From a virus (taxonomy: Duplodnaviria > Caudoviricetes), in IMG/VR virus record IMGVR_UViG_3300014205_000185, positions 53,994 to 117,993 of that record: a DNA stretch of 64,000 nt; one strand, 5' to 3'. Under the pieces are notes generated by a model that was not told the DNA's origin, did not search any database, and was given only the letters and a program-made list of their open reading frames with translations. Both the position numbers and the translations under genes were made by a program. This document shows positions 1 to 9,333 of the stretch, one piece after another. How positions within the stretch are numbered: position 1 is the first letter of the stretch; the number at the start of each line of letters is the position of its first letter.

Positions 1-2
1 TG

Positions 3-653
3 CCCAGTGAGCCAGCCGTCGTGATGAATTCCGGTTACCTGGTCAATGAAGGAGCCGGGACAGCCGCTGTGGCGCCAGTCGGCGACCAGTTTCCAGTCGA
101 CCGCGGCGATGCCCGCGTTCGGATCCCAGGTAGCTACCGTGAGGGCCCCCTTCCAGCACATGATGCCGGTGGCATCAAGGTGCCCCTCGACGAAGGAGTC
201 GTCACCGATGACGTTCCAGTGCTCTCCGTTCGCACGGAACTCCACTTTGGACACGGACCACATGGTCTCGGCCTGCTGCATGGCCGTCACGTGAGTGCTC
301 ACATGATGAGGGAGCAACTCATCGTCGTCGCCAAGGAAGCCAACGAACTCACCCAGCGCCAGCCTGGACCCGAGCATCCACGGCACTGCTCCATTGGCAG
401 CCCTGGTGGCCGCGTTCTTCCAGGTGTCGTTGATCTCGATGAAGCGCACGCGCCGGCCCTGAGGGTCATAGCGGTGCTGACTCACGTACAGGTCGTGCAG
501 GCCCTCGTTTTCATCGCTGATGATGACGTGCTCGATCTTTCCGTCGTAGTCCTGGCGAAGGACTGACGGCATGCAGCGGCCGAGCAGCTCGTCCTCGCGG
601 CCGGGGATGGTCGGCGTAACGATCGAGACGAGCGGCCTACTTGGTTCGGTCAA
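3..653 (-). CDS. GT2-family glycosyltransferase (runs off the left edge)
   Basis: Not in ORF track; manual translation from TTG 653: MTEPSRPLVSIVTPTIPGREDELLGRCMPSVLRQDY...GEFVGFLGDDDELLPHH (GT-A fold start and DxD motif); no stop before position 1. Confidence 0.8.
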   Translation of the reverse strand, partial: MTEPSRPLVSIVTPTIPGREDELLGRCMPSVLRQDYDGKIEHVIISDENEGLHDLYVSQHRYDPQGRRVRFIEINDTWKNAATRAANGAVPWMLGSRLALGEFVGFLGDDDELLPHHVSTHVTAMQQAETMWSVSKVEFRANGEHWNVIGDDSFVEGHLDATGIMCWKGALTVATWDPNAGIAAVDWKLVADWRHSGCPGSFIDQVTGIHHDGWLTG

Positions 654-1596
654 GGTCGGCCTCGATCATCCGGCGAACGACTTCCTCGAACTTGACGGTG
701 GCCTCCCAGCCCAGGATGCGCTTTGCCTTGCGCGCGTCGGCCTGGAGCAGCTCTACGTCAGCTGGCCGGAAGAGACTCCGCTCGGAGACTACGTAGTCCT
801 GCCATTTGAGCCCGACGTAGCCGAATGCAGCCTCACACAACTCCGTAACGGAGTGGACTTCGCCAGTACCCAGGACGTAGTCCTCAGGCTCCTTCTGGGC
901 CGCCATGAGTGGCAGTGCCGCCATGAACTCGGGAGCCCAGCCCCAGTCACGTCGAGCTTCCATGTTGCCCAGCTGGAGCACGTAGTTACCGGTGCCAGCT
1001 CGATAGGCTGCCACCGCACCCCGGACCACCTTGCGAGTGACGAACTCGAACCCGCGCCGCGGCGACTCGTGGTTGAACATGATCGCTGCGGAGGCGTGGA
1101 TGCCGTAGGACTCGCGGTAGTTGATCACGGTGTGGTGTGCGAAGGCCTTGGCGACGCCATAGGGAGAGCGGGGGCTGAGCGGGGTCAGCTCGTCCTGTGG
1201 GACCTCGCGCACGGCTCCATACATTTCGGAGCTGGAGGCGTGAACCAGACGGATCTCGCGGTTCACGTTTCGGATCGCTTCCAGCATCCGTAGGACCCCG
1301 AGCCCAGTTACCTCCGACATGAGTGTGGGCTGGAGCCACGAGGCGCCGACGAACGTTAGGGCGCCAAGGTTGTAGACGACCTCAGGCTGAATCTGGGCAA
1401 GCAGGGTCTGTAGGCCCGACTGGTCGAGCAGGTCGCCCTCGACGAGGCGCAGCGTTGGCAATTCCTCTTGGAGCTGGTCCCTGGCGGGTCCCGGCCGCCC
1501 CCGGACCATGCCGTAGACCTCGTGCCGTTCCGCCAGGAGCTGCTGGGCAAGATAGAACCCGCTCTGGCCGGAGACTCCTGTGATCAGAACCCGCAT
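637..1596 (-). CDS. gmd: GDP-mannose 4,6-dehydratase
   Basis: LITGVSGQSGFYLA Rossmann motif, ASSSEMYG, SPYGVAK, FNHESPRRG, FVTRK, LGNMEARRDWG. Confidence 0.92.
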   Translation of the reverse strand: MRVLITGVSGQSGFYLAQQLLAERHEVYGMVRGRPGPARDQLQEELPTLRLVEGDLLDQSGLQTLLAQIQPEVVYNLGALTFVGASWLQPTLMSEVTGLGVLRMLEAIRNVNREIRLVHASSSEMYGAVREVPQDELTPLSPRSPYGVAKAFAHHTVINYRESYGIHASAAIMFNHESPRRGFEFVTRKVVRGAVAAYRAGTGNYVLQLGNMEARRDWGWAPEFMAALPLMAAQKEPEDYVLGTGEVHSVTELCEAAFGYVGLKWQDYVVSERSLFRPADVELLQADARKAKRILGWEATVKFEEVVRRMIEADLDRTK

Positions 1597-2273
1597 GTGG
1601 ATTCCCTATCTAGGTGGCATAGATACTCGAAGCTGGGGATGGCCGACGAGATGTCGTGACGGACCATCGGCTTGACTTCCGGTCGCGTGGTCATGGCCAG
1701 CTGGTACATGGTCTTGGCCCCGGTGCCCACCCAGCGAACGGCGTCGGTAATCGCGTCCTGGTGTACGGCGCTGTGGATGAGCTTGGCGATGACGTGGTCG
1801 CTGTCGCCGATCGTCCACATGTCAGTGAAGGCGCGCGGGTACTCGAAGGGGTCGCTGCGGAACGATGTCCTCAGGACCATGTAGCCGTGACGGTGCCGTT
1901 GGACTTCACGTTCGGCCTGAAGCTTGGTCGAGATGTAGAAGTTCCAGGGCTCCAGGACGCACTCAGTCGAGATGAGAATGATGGGACACCGCGCCGCGGA
2001 GACAAGGTTCCGGGTGCCTAGAACGTTGGTACGGAAGCATTCCCATGCAGCAGCCGGGTTGTTGTCGGGGGCGCGAGTATTGGTGTAGGCCGCTGCGTGG
2101 ACGATCAGGCTAGCGCCACTGCCCCAGACGTAGCTGTTCACCATGTCGGGGTCGGTGATGTCCAGCTCGCTCCGGCTAGGCGCTATGTAGTCGCCCAGCT
2201 GGAGCAGCTCCCTGCCGAGTTGGCCGGTACCGCCAGTGAGAAGGATGGCGCCGGTCCGCTCCGGTTGCCTCAC
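1584..2273 (-). CDS. RmlD-like NDP-4-keto-6-deoxyhexose reductase (SDR)
   Basis: LLTGGTGQLGREL, LDITD, IVHAAAYT, NVLGTRNL, ISTE, YxxxK; GTG start overlapping upstream stop. Confidence 0.8.
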   Translation of the reverse strand: MRQPERTGAILLTGGTGQLGRELLQLGDYIAPSRSELDITDPDMVNSYVWGSGASLIVHAAAYTNTRAPDNNPAAAWECFRTNVLGTRNLVSAARCPIILISTECVLEPWNFYISTKLQAEREVQRHRHGYMVLRTSFRSDPFEYPRAFTDMWTIGDSDHVIAKLIHSAVHQDAITDAVRWVGTGAKTMYQLAMTTRPEVKPMVRHDISSAIPSFEYLCHLDRESTCGF

Positions 2274-3478
2274 AGGAGTACCGGCACGGGGATCGGCACC
2301 AACCACTGACCCTGGAAAGCCTTCTCCCGCTGGAGCACGCCGGACAGGTAGTTCCAGATGCCCAGCAGGTAGACGTCGGGCGCCCGGCTATCCGACCGTG
2401 GGTCGATGATCGGGATGCCGGTGCCCGGGGTGTAGCGCCCATGCTTGGTCGGCGTGGTGTCCACGAAGTACTGGACTAGCTCGCGATCAATGCCACAGAA
2501 GTTCAGTAGCGTCGTCGACTTGGCCGAGGCGCCGTAGCCAGCGACCCGCTTTCCCTCACGCTTGAGTTCGAGCAGGAGCCCGAGCAGCTTCGCCTGGATC
2601 CGATCGGCGCGACCCTGAAGCCCGTCAAGAACGTGTTCGTCGCGCAGCCACTCCTCGTCGTGGAGTAGTCGGGCAACGCTGTACTCCGGCGGATACCCGA
2701 TCTCACGTCGACCGATGACCACCCGTAGGGAACCGCCCTGTGGATTTGTCTGGGTGACGTGCAGCGGCCGTAGGCCGTGCCGCTCCAGGGCGTAGGTGAG
2801 CGACGTCAGGGAGAAGAACTGCCGGTGTTCGTGGTAGACGTGGTCGATCTGATTGCCCGTCACGAGGTCGGCCAGGTACTGGAACTCGACGACGGCCTCA
2901 CCGTTAGGTGCCAACACGATGTTGAGGCCCTCGATGAAGTCATTGAGGTCGGCCACGTGGGCGATGACGTTGTTGGCGATCACCAGTCCCTGGTGTCCAT
3001 GTTGGACGACGATGCGTAACGCCGCATCGGTACCGAACCCTTCGACCCACACGTTGAGTCCGGCCTCCTGCGCTTTGATCGCAGGTCCCTGGGCCGGGTC
3101 GATGCCGAGCGTTGGATAGCCGGCTGCGGCAAAGCTCTTGAGCATGGTGCCGTCGTTACAGGCAATCTCCAGTACGCCCAGGCGGCACAGGTCCGGAAAC
3201 TTGGCCATGAGGTCTGCTGCGTATGCCTTCTGGTGCTCCACAGCTACCCAGGAAGAGCCTGTGTAGAATCCGTAGTCCCCGCCCCACAGGATGTCGTCGG
3301 GCACTACCTCGGTTAGCTGGACCAGCGTGCAGCGGTTGCACCGGAACAGCCCTAGCGGGTAGCGCTCCTGGACCTGGTCTGGGTCCGTCGGGAACTCATC
3401 CGCGAGAGGGCTATCGCAGAGGTACAGCACCTCATGAAGATTGGTCGAGTGGCAGCTGCCGCAAACCTCACGCCTCAT
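2270..3478 (-). CDS. NDP-hexose C3-methyltransferase (TylC3/EryBIII-like)
   Basis: N-terminal CxxC..CxxC Zn site, LEIACNDGTML, NNVIAHV, DHVYHEH, GGSLR, GYGASAKSTTLLN. Confidence 0.9.
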   Translation of the reverse strand: MRREVCGSCHSTNLHEVLYLCDSPLADEFPTDPDQVQERYPLGLFRCNRCTLVQLTEVVPDDILWGGDYGFYTGSSWVAVEHQKAYAADLMAKFPDLCRLGVLEIACNDGTMLKSFAAAGYPTLGIDPAQGPAIKAQEAGLNVWVEGFGTDAALRIVVQHGHQGLVIANNVIAHVADLNDFIEGLNIVLAPNGEAVVEFQYLADLVTGNQIDHVYHEHRQFFSLTSLTYALERHGLRPLHVTQTNPQGGSLRVVIGRREIGYPPEYSVARLLHDEEWLRDEHVLDGLQGRADRIQAKLLGLLLELKREGKRVAGYGASAKSTTLLNFCGIDRELVQYFVDTTPTKHGRYTPGTGIPIIDPRSDSRAPDVYLLGIWNYLSGVLQREKAFQGQWLVPIPVPVLL

Positions 3479-4434
3479 TGCCATGACCCTTCGTAGACGG
3501 CTTCCCACTTTGATACGTGTTTGTCGATCGTAAACTCCAGCGCCTTGAGCATGGCAGCATTGCTCATTTGCTCCCGGAGGGTGTCATCGGTAAGGGCGTG
3601 GAGGTACTTGGGCCAATCGTCAGGCTCGCGAACCAGGAATCCATTCACTCCGTGATCGATAATGTCGGCATACTCCCCGATGTCACTGGCGATGGCCGGG
3701 ACGCCCTGAGCGAAGTACTCCTTGACCTTGATTCCGCTCTTGCATTGGTTGAACGGAGTGTCGACCAGTGGGGCGATACCGATGCTGAAGTCCATCGCCT
3801 TCCAGTAGTTCTCCATGATGTCCCAGCCGGTGTAGCGCGCTCGCACGTGTGGGGCCATGTAGTTGGCCCCGATGCAGTGGAACCGAGCCCGCGGCTCATG
3901 GGCGGCATAGATCGCCAGCTGCTGGCCGACGCCGGGCCAGTCCTGCTGATGGAACATGCTGCCGGCCCAACCGACGATGACCTCGTCGCCCTGTTGATGG
4001 CGCACCGAGGCGATCCAGTCGGCCGGCAGGCAGTTGGGCAGCACTACGACATTGGGATTCAGCTCCCGCATCCGGGCGGCGAGTTTCGGCGTCGAGACCG
4101 TGACCACGTTGGCGAGCCGGATGTTGTTGGCGGTGTCGGCGGCGATCGGAGCGTAGATCGAGTACGGCAGCGAGTTGCTCGGGTCGACCTCTAGCAGGTT
4201 GTCGTCAAGGTCGTAGACCGCCAGGAGGTTGGGATTGGCGCACATCTCCTCCCAGGCCGTGTTCTTACCCGCGATTCGTTGACCTATAACGACATCACCT
4301 AGCGATGGGTCCGGCGGTGGCGGGGACCAGTGCACCTCGAAGCGACTCGGGTCGAGCTTGTTCAGCGGGTAGTGCAGACGGTACAGATAGCAGGCGGCGC
4401 CATCGGTGGCGATGGCAAAGATTCGAGTTACCAC
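3475..4434 (-). CDS. GT4-family glycosyltransferase
   Basis: YDLDD, VTVSTPKLA, VGWAGS, IGIAPLVDTPFNQCKSGIKVKEYFAQGVPAIASD, DHGVNGFLV. Confidence 0.88.
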   Translation of the reverse strand: MVTRIFAIATDGAACYLYRLHYPLNKLDPSRFEVHWSPPPPDPSLGDVVIGQRIAGKNTAWEEMCANPNLLAVYDLDDNLLEVDPSNSLPYSIYAPIAADTANNIRLANVVTVSTPKLAARMRELNPNVVVLPNCLPADWIASVRHQQGDEVIVGWAGSMFHQQDWPGVGQQLAIYAAHEPRARFHCIGANYMAPHVRARYTGWDIMENYWKAMDFSIGIAPLVDTPFNQCKSGIKVKEYFAQGVPAIASDIGEYADIIDHGVNGFLVREPDDWPKYLHALTDDTLREQMSNAAMLKALEFTIDKHVSKWEAVYEGSWQ

Positions 4435-5099
4435 GGCACATACCCCCAACGCTTACGGAATGCCTCGCGGTCCCGGCCGGTCTGTTCGCCGAGTCCGGGA
4501 ATGGTGTTGGTGTAGTCGCCCGGACGGCTGTTCGGGGCGGCCGGGCCGCCGACCATCACCATGCCGCCGTTGATCCGGCAGTCGAAGTCGACCGACGTGT
4601 CCTGCCACCACCAGTGCATCGTTTCGTCTGCCCTGATTCCCCTGTCGCCGTCAATGACGTAGGCCCAGCCGACCATCCGCCCGGCGATGTCGCTGTCGGG
4701 TGCCGTCTTGACCACAGGCGCATGCTGGCGCCCCCAGGGGTTAGCACAGCCGGCCGTGGCCCCCGTCTCGCGCATACCTGCCACCACTCGCGCGTACCAG
4801 TCGCCAGGAACGATGACGTCGTCGCAGAGCATCGCGATGTCTCGTGGCTCGTTGTGGGTGATGCTGGCCAGGAGGTCCCAGCCGATGTTCCACATCCGAG
4901 CGATGTTGGGCGGCTGTTCGGGCCAATAGAACGAGGCCACCCGTGAGTCCTTCGGGATGTCCGATGGCGGGCTAGAGGCGTTATCGAAGATCAGTAGCTG
5001 GTCTACCTGAGGCAAAATCGCCTCGATGCCGGCCCTTAGTAGCTCGGGCCGATTGTGGGTCAGGATCAAGGCGCAGCGCACGCGCTCGTCAGTAGTCAT
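4428..5099 (-). CDS. GT2-family glycosyltransferase
   Basis: ILTHNRPELL, IFDNAS, WNIG, MLCDDV, DREAFRKRW. Confidence 0.8.
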   Translation of the reverse strand: MTTDERVRCALILTHNRPELLRAGIEAILPQVDQLLIFDNASSPPSDIPKDSRVASFYWPEQPPNIARMWNIGWDLLASITHNEPRDIAMLCDDVIVPGDWYARVVAGMRETGATAGCANPWGRQHAPVVKTAPDSDIAGRMVGWAYVIDGDRGIRADETMHWWWQDTSVDFDCRINGGMVMVGGPAAPNSRPGDYTNTIPGLGEQTGRDREAFRKRWGYVPW

Positions 5100-5286
5100 C
5101 AGTGGCCAGCGCCTTGGCGATACGGCCCATGAGTGCAGCTACTTCGCCTGAGGTCCCGTGGAACTCGATCGTCGTCAACGTGTCCCTGTTCTCGATCACG
5201 AGATTGAACCTTCCCCACGACTCCTCGATCTGAACGCTGGAACCTTCAGCGGGGATCCGGAGGCGATCCATATGAGCCCGGCTCAT
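5089..5286 (-). CDS. hypothetical protein
   Basis: 65-aa ORF tightly overlapping both neighbours. Confidence 0.6.
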   Translation of the reverse strand: MSRAHMDRLRIPAEGSSVQIEESWGRFNLVIENRDTLTTIEFHGTSGEVAALMGRIAKALATDDY

Positions 5287-5705
5287 GCGCCGTACTCATC
5301 CGCAGTAGCGGCGTGAGCTGACTCCAGGATGCCCGCCGCCTCGTTGGGGCTGAGCCCGTGGTCGTCTACGAGCTGCTGGAACAGGTGCCGATAGACTTGC
5401 CACCAGCCGTAGGTCGACGTTGCGCCATCTCGCTCCATGATCGCCTGCTTTAGATAAAGCGCCATATCGAGCGCTTCTTCGTAGGCATCCTGAAGCGCAT
5501 CTCGTCCGTTGTGCGCCTGTAGATGACTGCCGTACTTCTCCGCCCGTCGACCGCAAAGCTCTTCGATGTCGGCAAGTACGCGATCCTTCACGAACGGGCC
5601 ATCGTGGACAATCGGCGGCGGTTGCGATGAATCACTCATGACAGGTCCAGCGGGGTCTCGGAATTTGCGAGCGATGTAGTCGAGGGCCTCAGTCTTGGTC
5701 ATCAT
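5283..5705 (-). CDS. phage protein with MazG-like all-helical motif
   Basis: KYGSHLQAHNGRDALQDAYEEALDMALYLKQAIMER. Confidence 0.55.
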   Translation of the reverse strand: MMTKTEALDYIARKFRDPAGPVMSDSSQPPPIVHDGPFVKDRVLADIEELCGRRAEKYGSHLQAHNGRDALQDAYEEALDMALYLKQAIMERDGATSTYGWWQVYRHLFQQLVDDHGLSPNEAAGILESAHAATADEYGA

Positions 5706-6087
5706 CGCCGACCTCGCCAGCGTCCTGGTCGGTGTCGAGCGTCAGCTTTAACCAGCGACGGCTCTCGCTCGTCAGGCCCTGGCTGATGGCCTCGGCCTTC
5801 GTCTTGAAGATGCGCCAGTCGACGTAGTCGCCATGGCAGCCCCAGCCAGTGGTGTCATTGCCGGCATGCACGGTGGCCCAGTCGCCGTTCTGTAGCTCCA
5901 CGAGTGCGGCTAAATCGGTGTCGTTATAGCCGTCGCCTCCGACGTCACTGGAGTACATGGCCCACACCTTGTAGACCTGCCCCAGAGTCACCTGTTCGCC
6001 ATCGCGGGGGTAGCTCTTACCTAGTACCTGCTGCCAGTCATAGGGCCCCCAGCCGGGCAGAGTCGGTAGCTCGCTGATCTCATCCAT
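5689..6087 (-). CDS. hypothetical protein
   Basis: 132-aa ORF overlapping both neighbours in the operon. Confidence 0.65.
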   Translation of the reverse strand: MDEISELPTLPGWGPYDWQQVLGKSYPRDGEQVTLGQVYKVWAMYSSDVGGDGYNDTDLAALVELQNGDWATVHAGNDTTGWGCHGDYVDWRIFKTKAEAISQGLTSESRRWLKLTLDTDQDAGEVGDDDQD

Positions 6088-7129
6088 TGCTTGCCTGCTG
6101 GATCTCGTAGGCCTTCGTCCAGGCCTCTAACCAGCGCCAGGAGTTCAGCTCGATAGTTTGCGTCCGCATATGTTCGCGGCCTCTCTCTCCCAGGTCCTTG
6201 CGAAGCGCGTCATCGTCCATCAGGCGCTTGATCTCTTTGTACCAGTCCTTGGGGCGGTCCACGAGGAGCCCCGCGCCTGATTCCGCGGCGAAGCGTCGGT
6301 ACTCGGTCCTGGGACTCGCCACCCAGGGAACGCCGGCCGCGGACGCTTCGATGACCTTTAATCGACTCTTCGAATGGTTGAACGGAGATATTTCCAGCGG
6401 GGCCATAGCCACCTTGAGCTTGGCGGTCTGCTCGACCCAGTTCTCCAGGGGAATGATCCCGGTTACATCGGGCTCCTCCTTGAGGCGCAGCGCGTCCTTC
6501 ACCTTGGAGGGGGGGCCGACCACCCGGAACTTGTACCCGTCGTCAATCAGCTCCTGCACAGCTCGACCGCAGGTCTGTAGGTCGACGGGGTGAGACTGCG
6601 TCGTCCCAGCCCAGCCGAAGACGTCGTCTGGCTCGACTTCGATGTCCAGATAACGCTGTGGCACGTAGTTGTCGATGACCATTCCTCGGTCATGCTTGGC
6701 GTAGACCTTGAGCAACGTCCTGGTCGAGAGAGTCACCAGCGTGGCGGCTGCGCAGGCGTACTCAGCGTTCTTCCAGGAGTACGGCGTATTCGACCGAGGA
6801 TGATAGTTCCCGTAAGCGGCGTTCTGCTTGTGGATCGCGGTGAGGTCGTCGTCCATGTCGATGACCACCGCTACGCCCTTCTTGCGAAGGAGCTTGATCA
6901 CGGCTGGATGCCAGTTATGGGCCACTCGCTGGAGCACGAGTACATCAGCACCTGTAGGTACCACCACGTCCACGACTTCTGCGTCAATGAACTTAATCTC
7001 CAGGCCAGAGCCGGTGTTAGGCCACTGGATCTCGATGTCGTGGCCCTGGCTGGCTAAGTGCTCGGCAGCCCAGATCAACCGGTAGTAGCCACAGCCTGCC
7101 GCGTCCGCGGGTATCACCAGAATCTTCAT
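6080..7129 (-). CDS. GT4-family glycosyltransferase (paralogue of 3475-4434)
   Basis: GCGYYRL, IDMDDD, FGWAGT, APLEISPFNHSKSRLKVIEASAAGVPWVAS. Confidence 0.88.
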   Translation of the reverse strand: MKILVIPADAAGCGYYRLIWAAEHLASQGHDIEIQWPNTGSGLEIKFIDAEVVDVVVPTGADVLVLQRVAHNWHPAVIKLLRKKGVAVVIDMDDDLTAIHKQNAAYGNYHPRSNTPYSWKNAEYACAAATLVTLSTRTLLKVYAKHDRGMVIDNYVPQRYLDIEVEPDDVFGWAGTTQSHPVDLQTCGRAVQELIDDGYKFRVVGPPSKVKDALRLKEEPDVTGIIPLENWVEQTAKLKVAMAPLEISPFNHSKSRLKVIEASAAGVPWVASPRTEYRRFAAESGAGLLVDRPKDWYKEIKRLMDDDALRKDLGERGREHMRTQTIELNSWRWLEAWTKAYEIQQASNG

Positions 7130-7198
7130 TTGGTCACCGTGCCCCTGTTGGGTTGCCCATTTGGCGAACCCTATTGCATCCGTCCCCCAGAAAGTGGA

Positions 7199-7477
7199 CT
7201 AGACCGGGCTCAGTACGTAGTTCTGAGTGAAGGTGGTCGGGTCCATAGTGAGCAGCGTGCTGCCCGATCGGATGATCCAGTTGTTAACCGGAACAGGGAT
7301 CGGAGCGTAGCCCGGGATGGTCGTCACCGGGACACCGGTCGGCTCCAGATACAGGACGCTGTCTCGGATGACTGCGTTGTTGATGACGCCAGAGTTCGCC
7401 CGGACGAACTGCCGCACCTCTATGACGTTGGTACCGAGCCACTGGAGGGCTTCGACGTAGGGAAGATATCTGACCAT
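7199..7477 (-). CDS. hypothetical protein
   Basis: 92-aa ORF immediately after tail genes. Confidence 0.65.
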   Translation of the reverse strand: MVRYLPYVEALQWLGTNVIEVRQFVRANSGVINNAVIRDSVLYLEPTGVPVTTIPGYAPIPVPVNNWIIRSGSTLLTMDPTTFTQNYVLSPV

Positions 7478-7480
7478 CTG

Positions 7481-8281
7481 TCAGTACCAGCCTCTCGCTT
7501 GCCACGAGCATCCCGCGATGAAGTTCGCTCCATGCTCAGAACGGAAGACGAGCGAAGTATATGGACCAGTAAGGAGGGCGATTCCGCCAACGTTGCGCTG
7601 CCATTGGTTAACGCCGAACGCCACCGCATTCGAGTTCGTTTCGAAGCTGGGGAAGAGGTAGCCAGGCCGATACCAGCCACTACAGACAATGTTGCCGCTA
7701 CCGTAGACAGTCGCCGTTGCCGCGGCCGTAGTCATGACGCCACAGTCGAAAGACGTCTGCGCATTGCCATTGATGGTAGAGGAGACACCCGAGGCAACCT
7801 GAGTTCCTTGGTAGAAGTACGAAGCAGTGCTGAGGTCATTTACTCGCATCAACATGGTCTCAGCCATGAAGCCGCCATAGTCGGTGCGGACTATCCAGTT
7901 GATCTGGAAGTTTTTAAGCGTGGCCGGGACGTTCATGGTCACAGTGGCCAAGGCCGAGTTCAGGAAAATGTTCTTGGTCCACTCCGCGGGAGTGGCATAG
8001 CCAACGATGAAGTTTCCTGACGGCGGGACCGAAATGACGTAGACCCGACCTCCGACGTTAAGAATATCCACCATTGGAACGGCTGTAATCGACTCCGTAT
8101 CTCCGTCTAGCAGAATGAGCGCAGACGTGATCGCATTTGTAACGCTATCCGCGGTCACCTTAACGACACTTGCCATCCTCAGTTCCCAGGTCAGCCCGAG
8201 CGCGTTTGCGTTACTGACGATCGCCCTTGCCTGCGCGGTGGCCAGCGGAGCCGGGTCGTTGGAAAGCGGAGGGCTGGTCAC
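7481..8281 (-). CDS. putative minor tail/tip protein
   Basis: Position at end of tail module; beta-rich, S/T/G/N-rich. Confidence 0.6.
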   Translation of the reverse strand: MTSPPLSNDPAPLATAQARAIVSNANALGLTWELRMASVVKVTADSVTNAITSALILLDGDTESITAVPMVDILNVGGRVYVISVPPSGNFIVGYATPAEWTKNIFLNSALATVTMNVPATLKNFQINWIVRTDYGGFMAETMLMRVNDLSTASYFYQGTQVASGVSSTINGNAQTSFDCGVMTTAAATATVYGSGNIVCSGWYRPGYLFPSFETNSNAVAFGVNQWQRNVGGIALLTGPYTSLVFRSEHGANFIAGCSWQARGWY

Positions 8282-9333
8282 CGGTATCCTCGCCGTAGCG
8301 TGTGAGACATGGGCTCTCCTGCCGTTAGGGTCAATGACCAGGCCACCTCAAGCCACAAGTCGTTTTGCCACTTAATGACGTTGTAGCTGTCGTGACGGGG
8401 GTCTGCTGCGGTCGATAGATTGGTCGTCTGGAACAGGAGGCGACGCTGCATGATGTTCTGCGCAATTGCAGTGCACTGGGCAATCGAACCAACCTGAAGG
8501 TTGGTCACTTCAGTGATCCTGAATCCGCGCTTCTCGAAAGAGTTCGGCGCGTTCACGGGGACGTCTGCAATGCCGTAGGTTGCAACACTGCGATCGGCTG
8601 ATGCAGTAGATGCGACGATGAATCTGTTGGGGGCGTTGAGAATGTTCGATGACTCAGTGATCGAATCTCTCATCACCTGATCGCCCTCGTCCCAGTCAAA
8701 GTCCGGGATCGCGAATGCCGGGTTGAAGTTGCGAATGAAACGCATCACGTCGGTGTTGTCGAACCATGGACTGAGGTAGTCGCCAGTCAGTGCCAATGAT
8801 TCGATAATGCTGCCTCGGCGGGCGCCGAATCCCCATGACTCAGTGGTGTCGTAGGGCGATGGCTCGATTGTGTACGTAATCGGAAAGTCGCGGATCAGAT
8901 TCTCAACCGCGACAGTGACGGCTGTGTTTGTCGCGAATCCTTCTTCTATCGGCTGGTCGATGATATACATGCGGTCATTCAAGGTGGCGTTGCCAAGACG
9001 GCCCGAAGTAAATAACCGTGACGTCTCATCAGAGAACAGGTAGCGACCCATCGGGTATTCGACCCCGCTGGGGAAGGTCATCTTTACCGTGACCTGATCG
9101 GTGATCGGATTGATTGCCGCGGTGTCGGCGCGACCAAAAGCCAATCGCAGCTGGCGCTTGATCGCCCGAGTCGTGTCATGGCTCAACGTTGCCGGCCGAA
9201 TCGGTGTGATCGTACCCAGATTCTCGCCGGAGACACCGTTGATGAGGTTGAACCGATAGCTGTACTGGCGCTGTCCAACCCATGGAGCAAGGTCCAGGAT
9301 CGGGTCATACGGAAAGTTAGTGAGCGCCGGCAT
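8278..9333 (-). CDS. minor tail (hub-like) protein
   Basis: Synteny; motifs VEYPMGRY, WFDNTDV, PNRFIV typical of actinophage minor tail proteins. Confidence 0.65.
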   Translation of the reverse strand: MPALTNFPYDPILDLAPWVGQRQYSYRFNLINGVSGENLGTITPIRPATLSHDTTRAIKRQLRLAFGRADTAAINPITDQVTVKMTFPSGVEYPMGRYLFSDETSRLFTSGRLGNATLNDRMYIIDQPIEEGFATNTAVTVAVENLIRDFPITYTIEPSPYDTTESWGFGARRGSIIESLALTGDYLSPWFDNTDVMRFIRNFNPAFAIPDFDWDEGDQVMRDSITESSNILNAPNRFIVASTASADRSVATYGIADVPVNAPNSFEKRGFRITEVTNLQVGSIAQCTAIAQNIMQRRLLFQTTNLSTAADPRHDSYNVIKWQNDLWLEVAWSLTLTAGEPMSHTLRRGYR

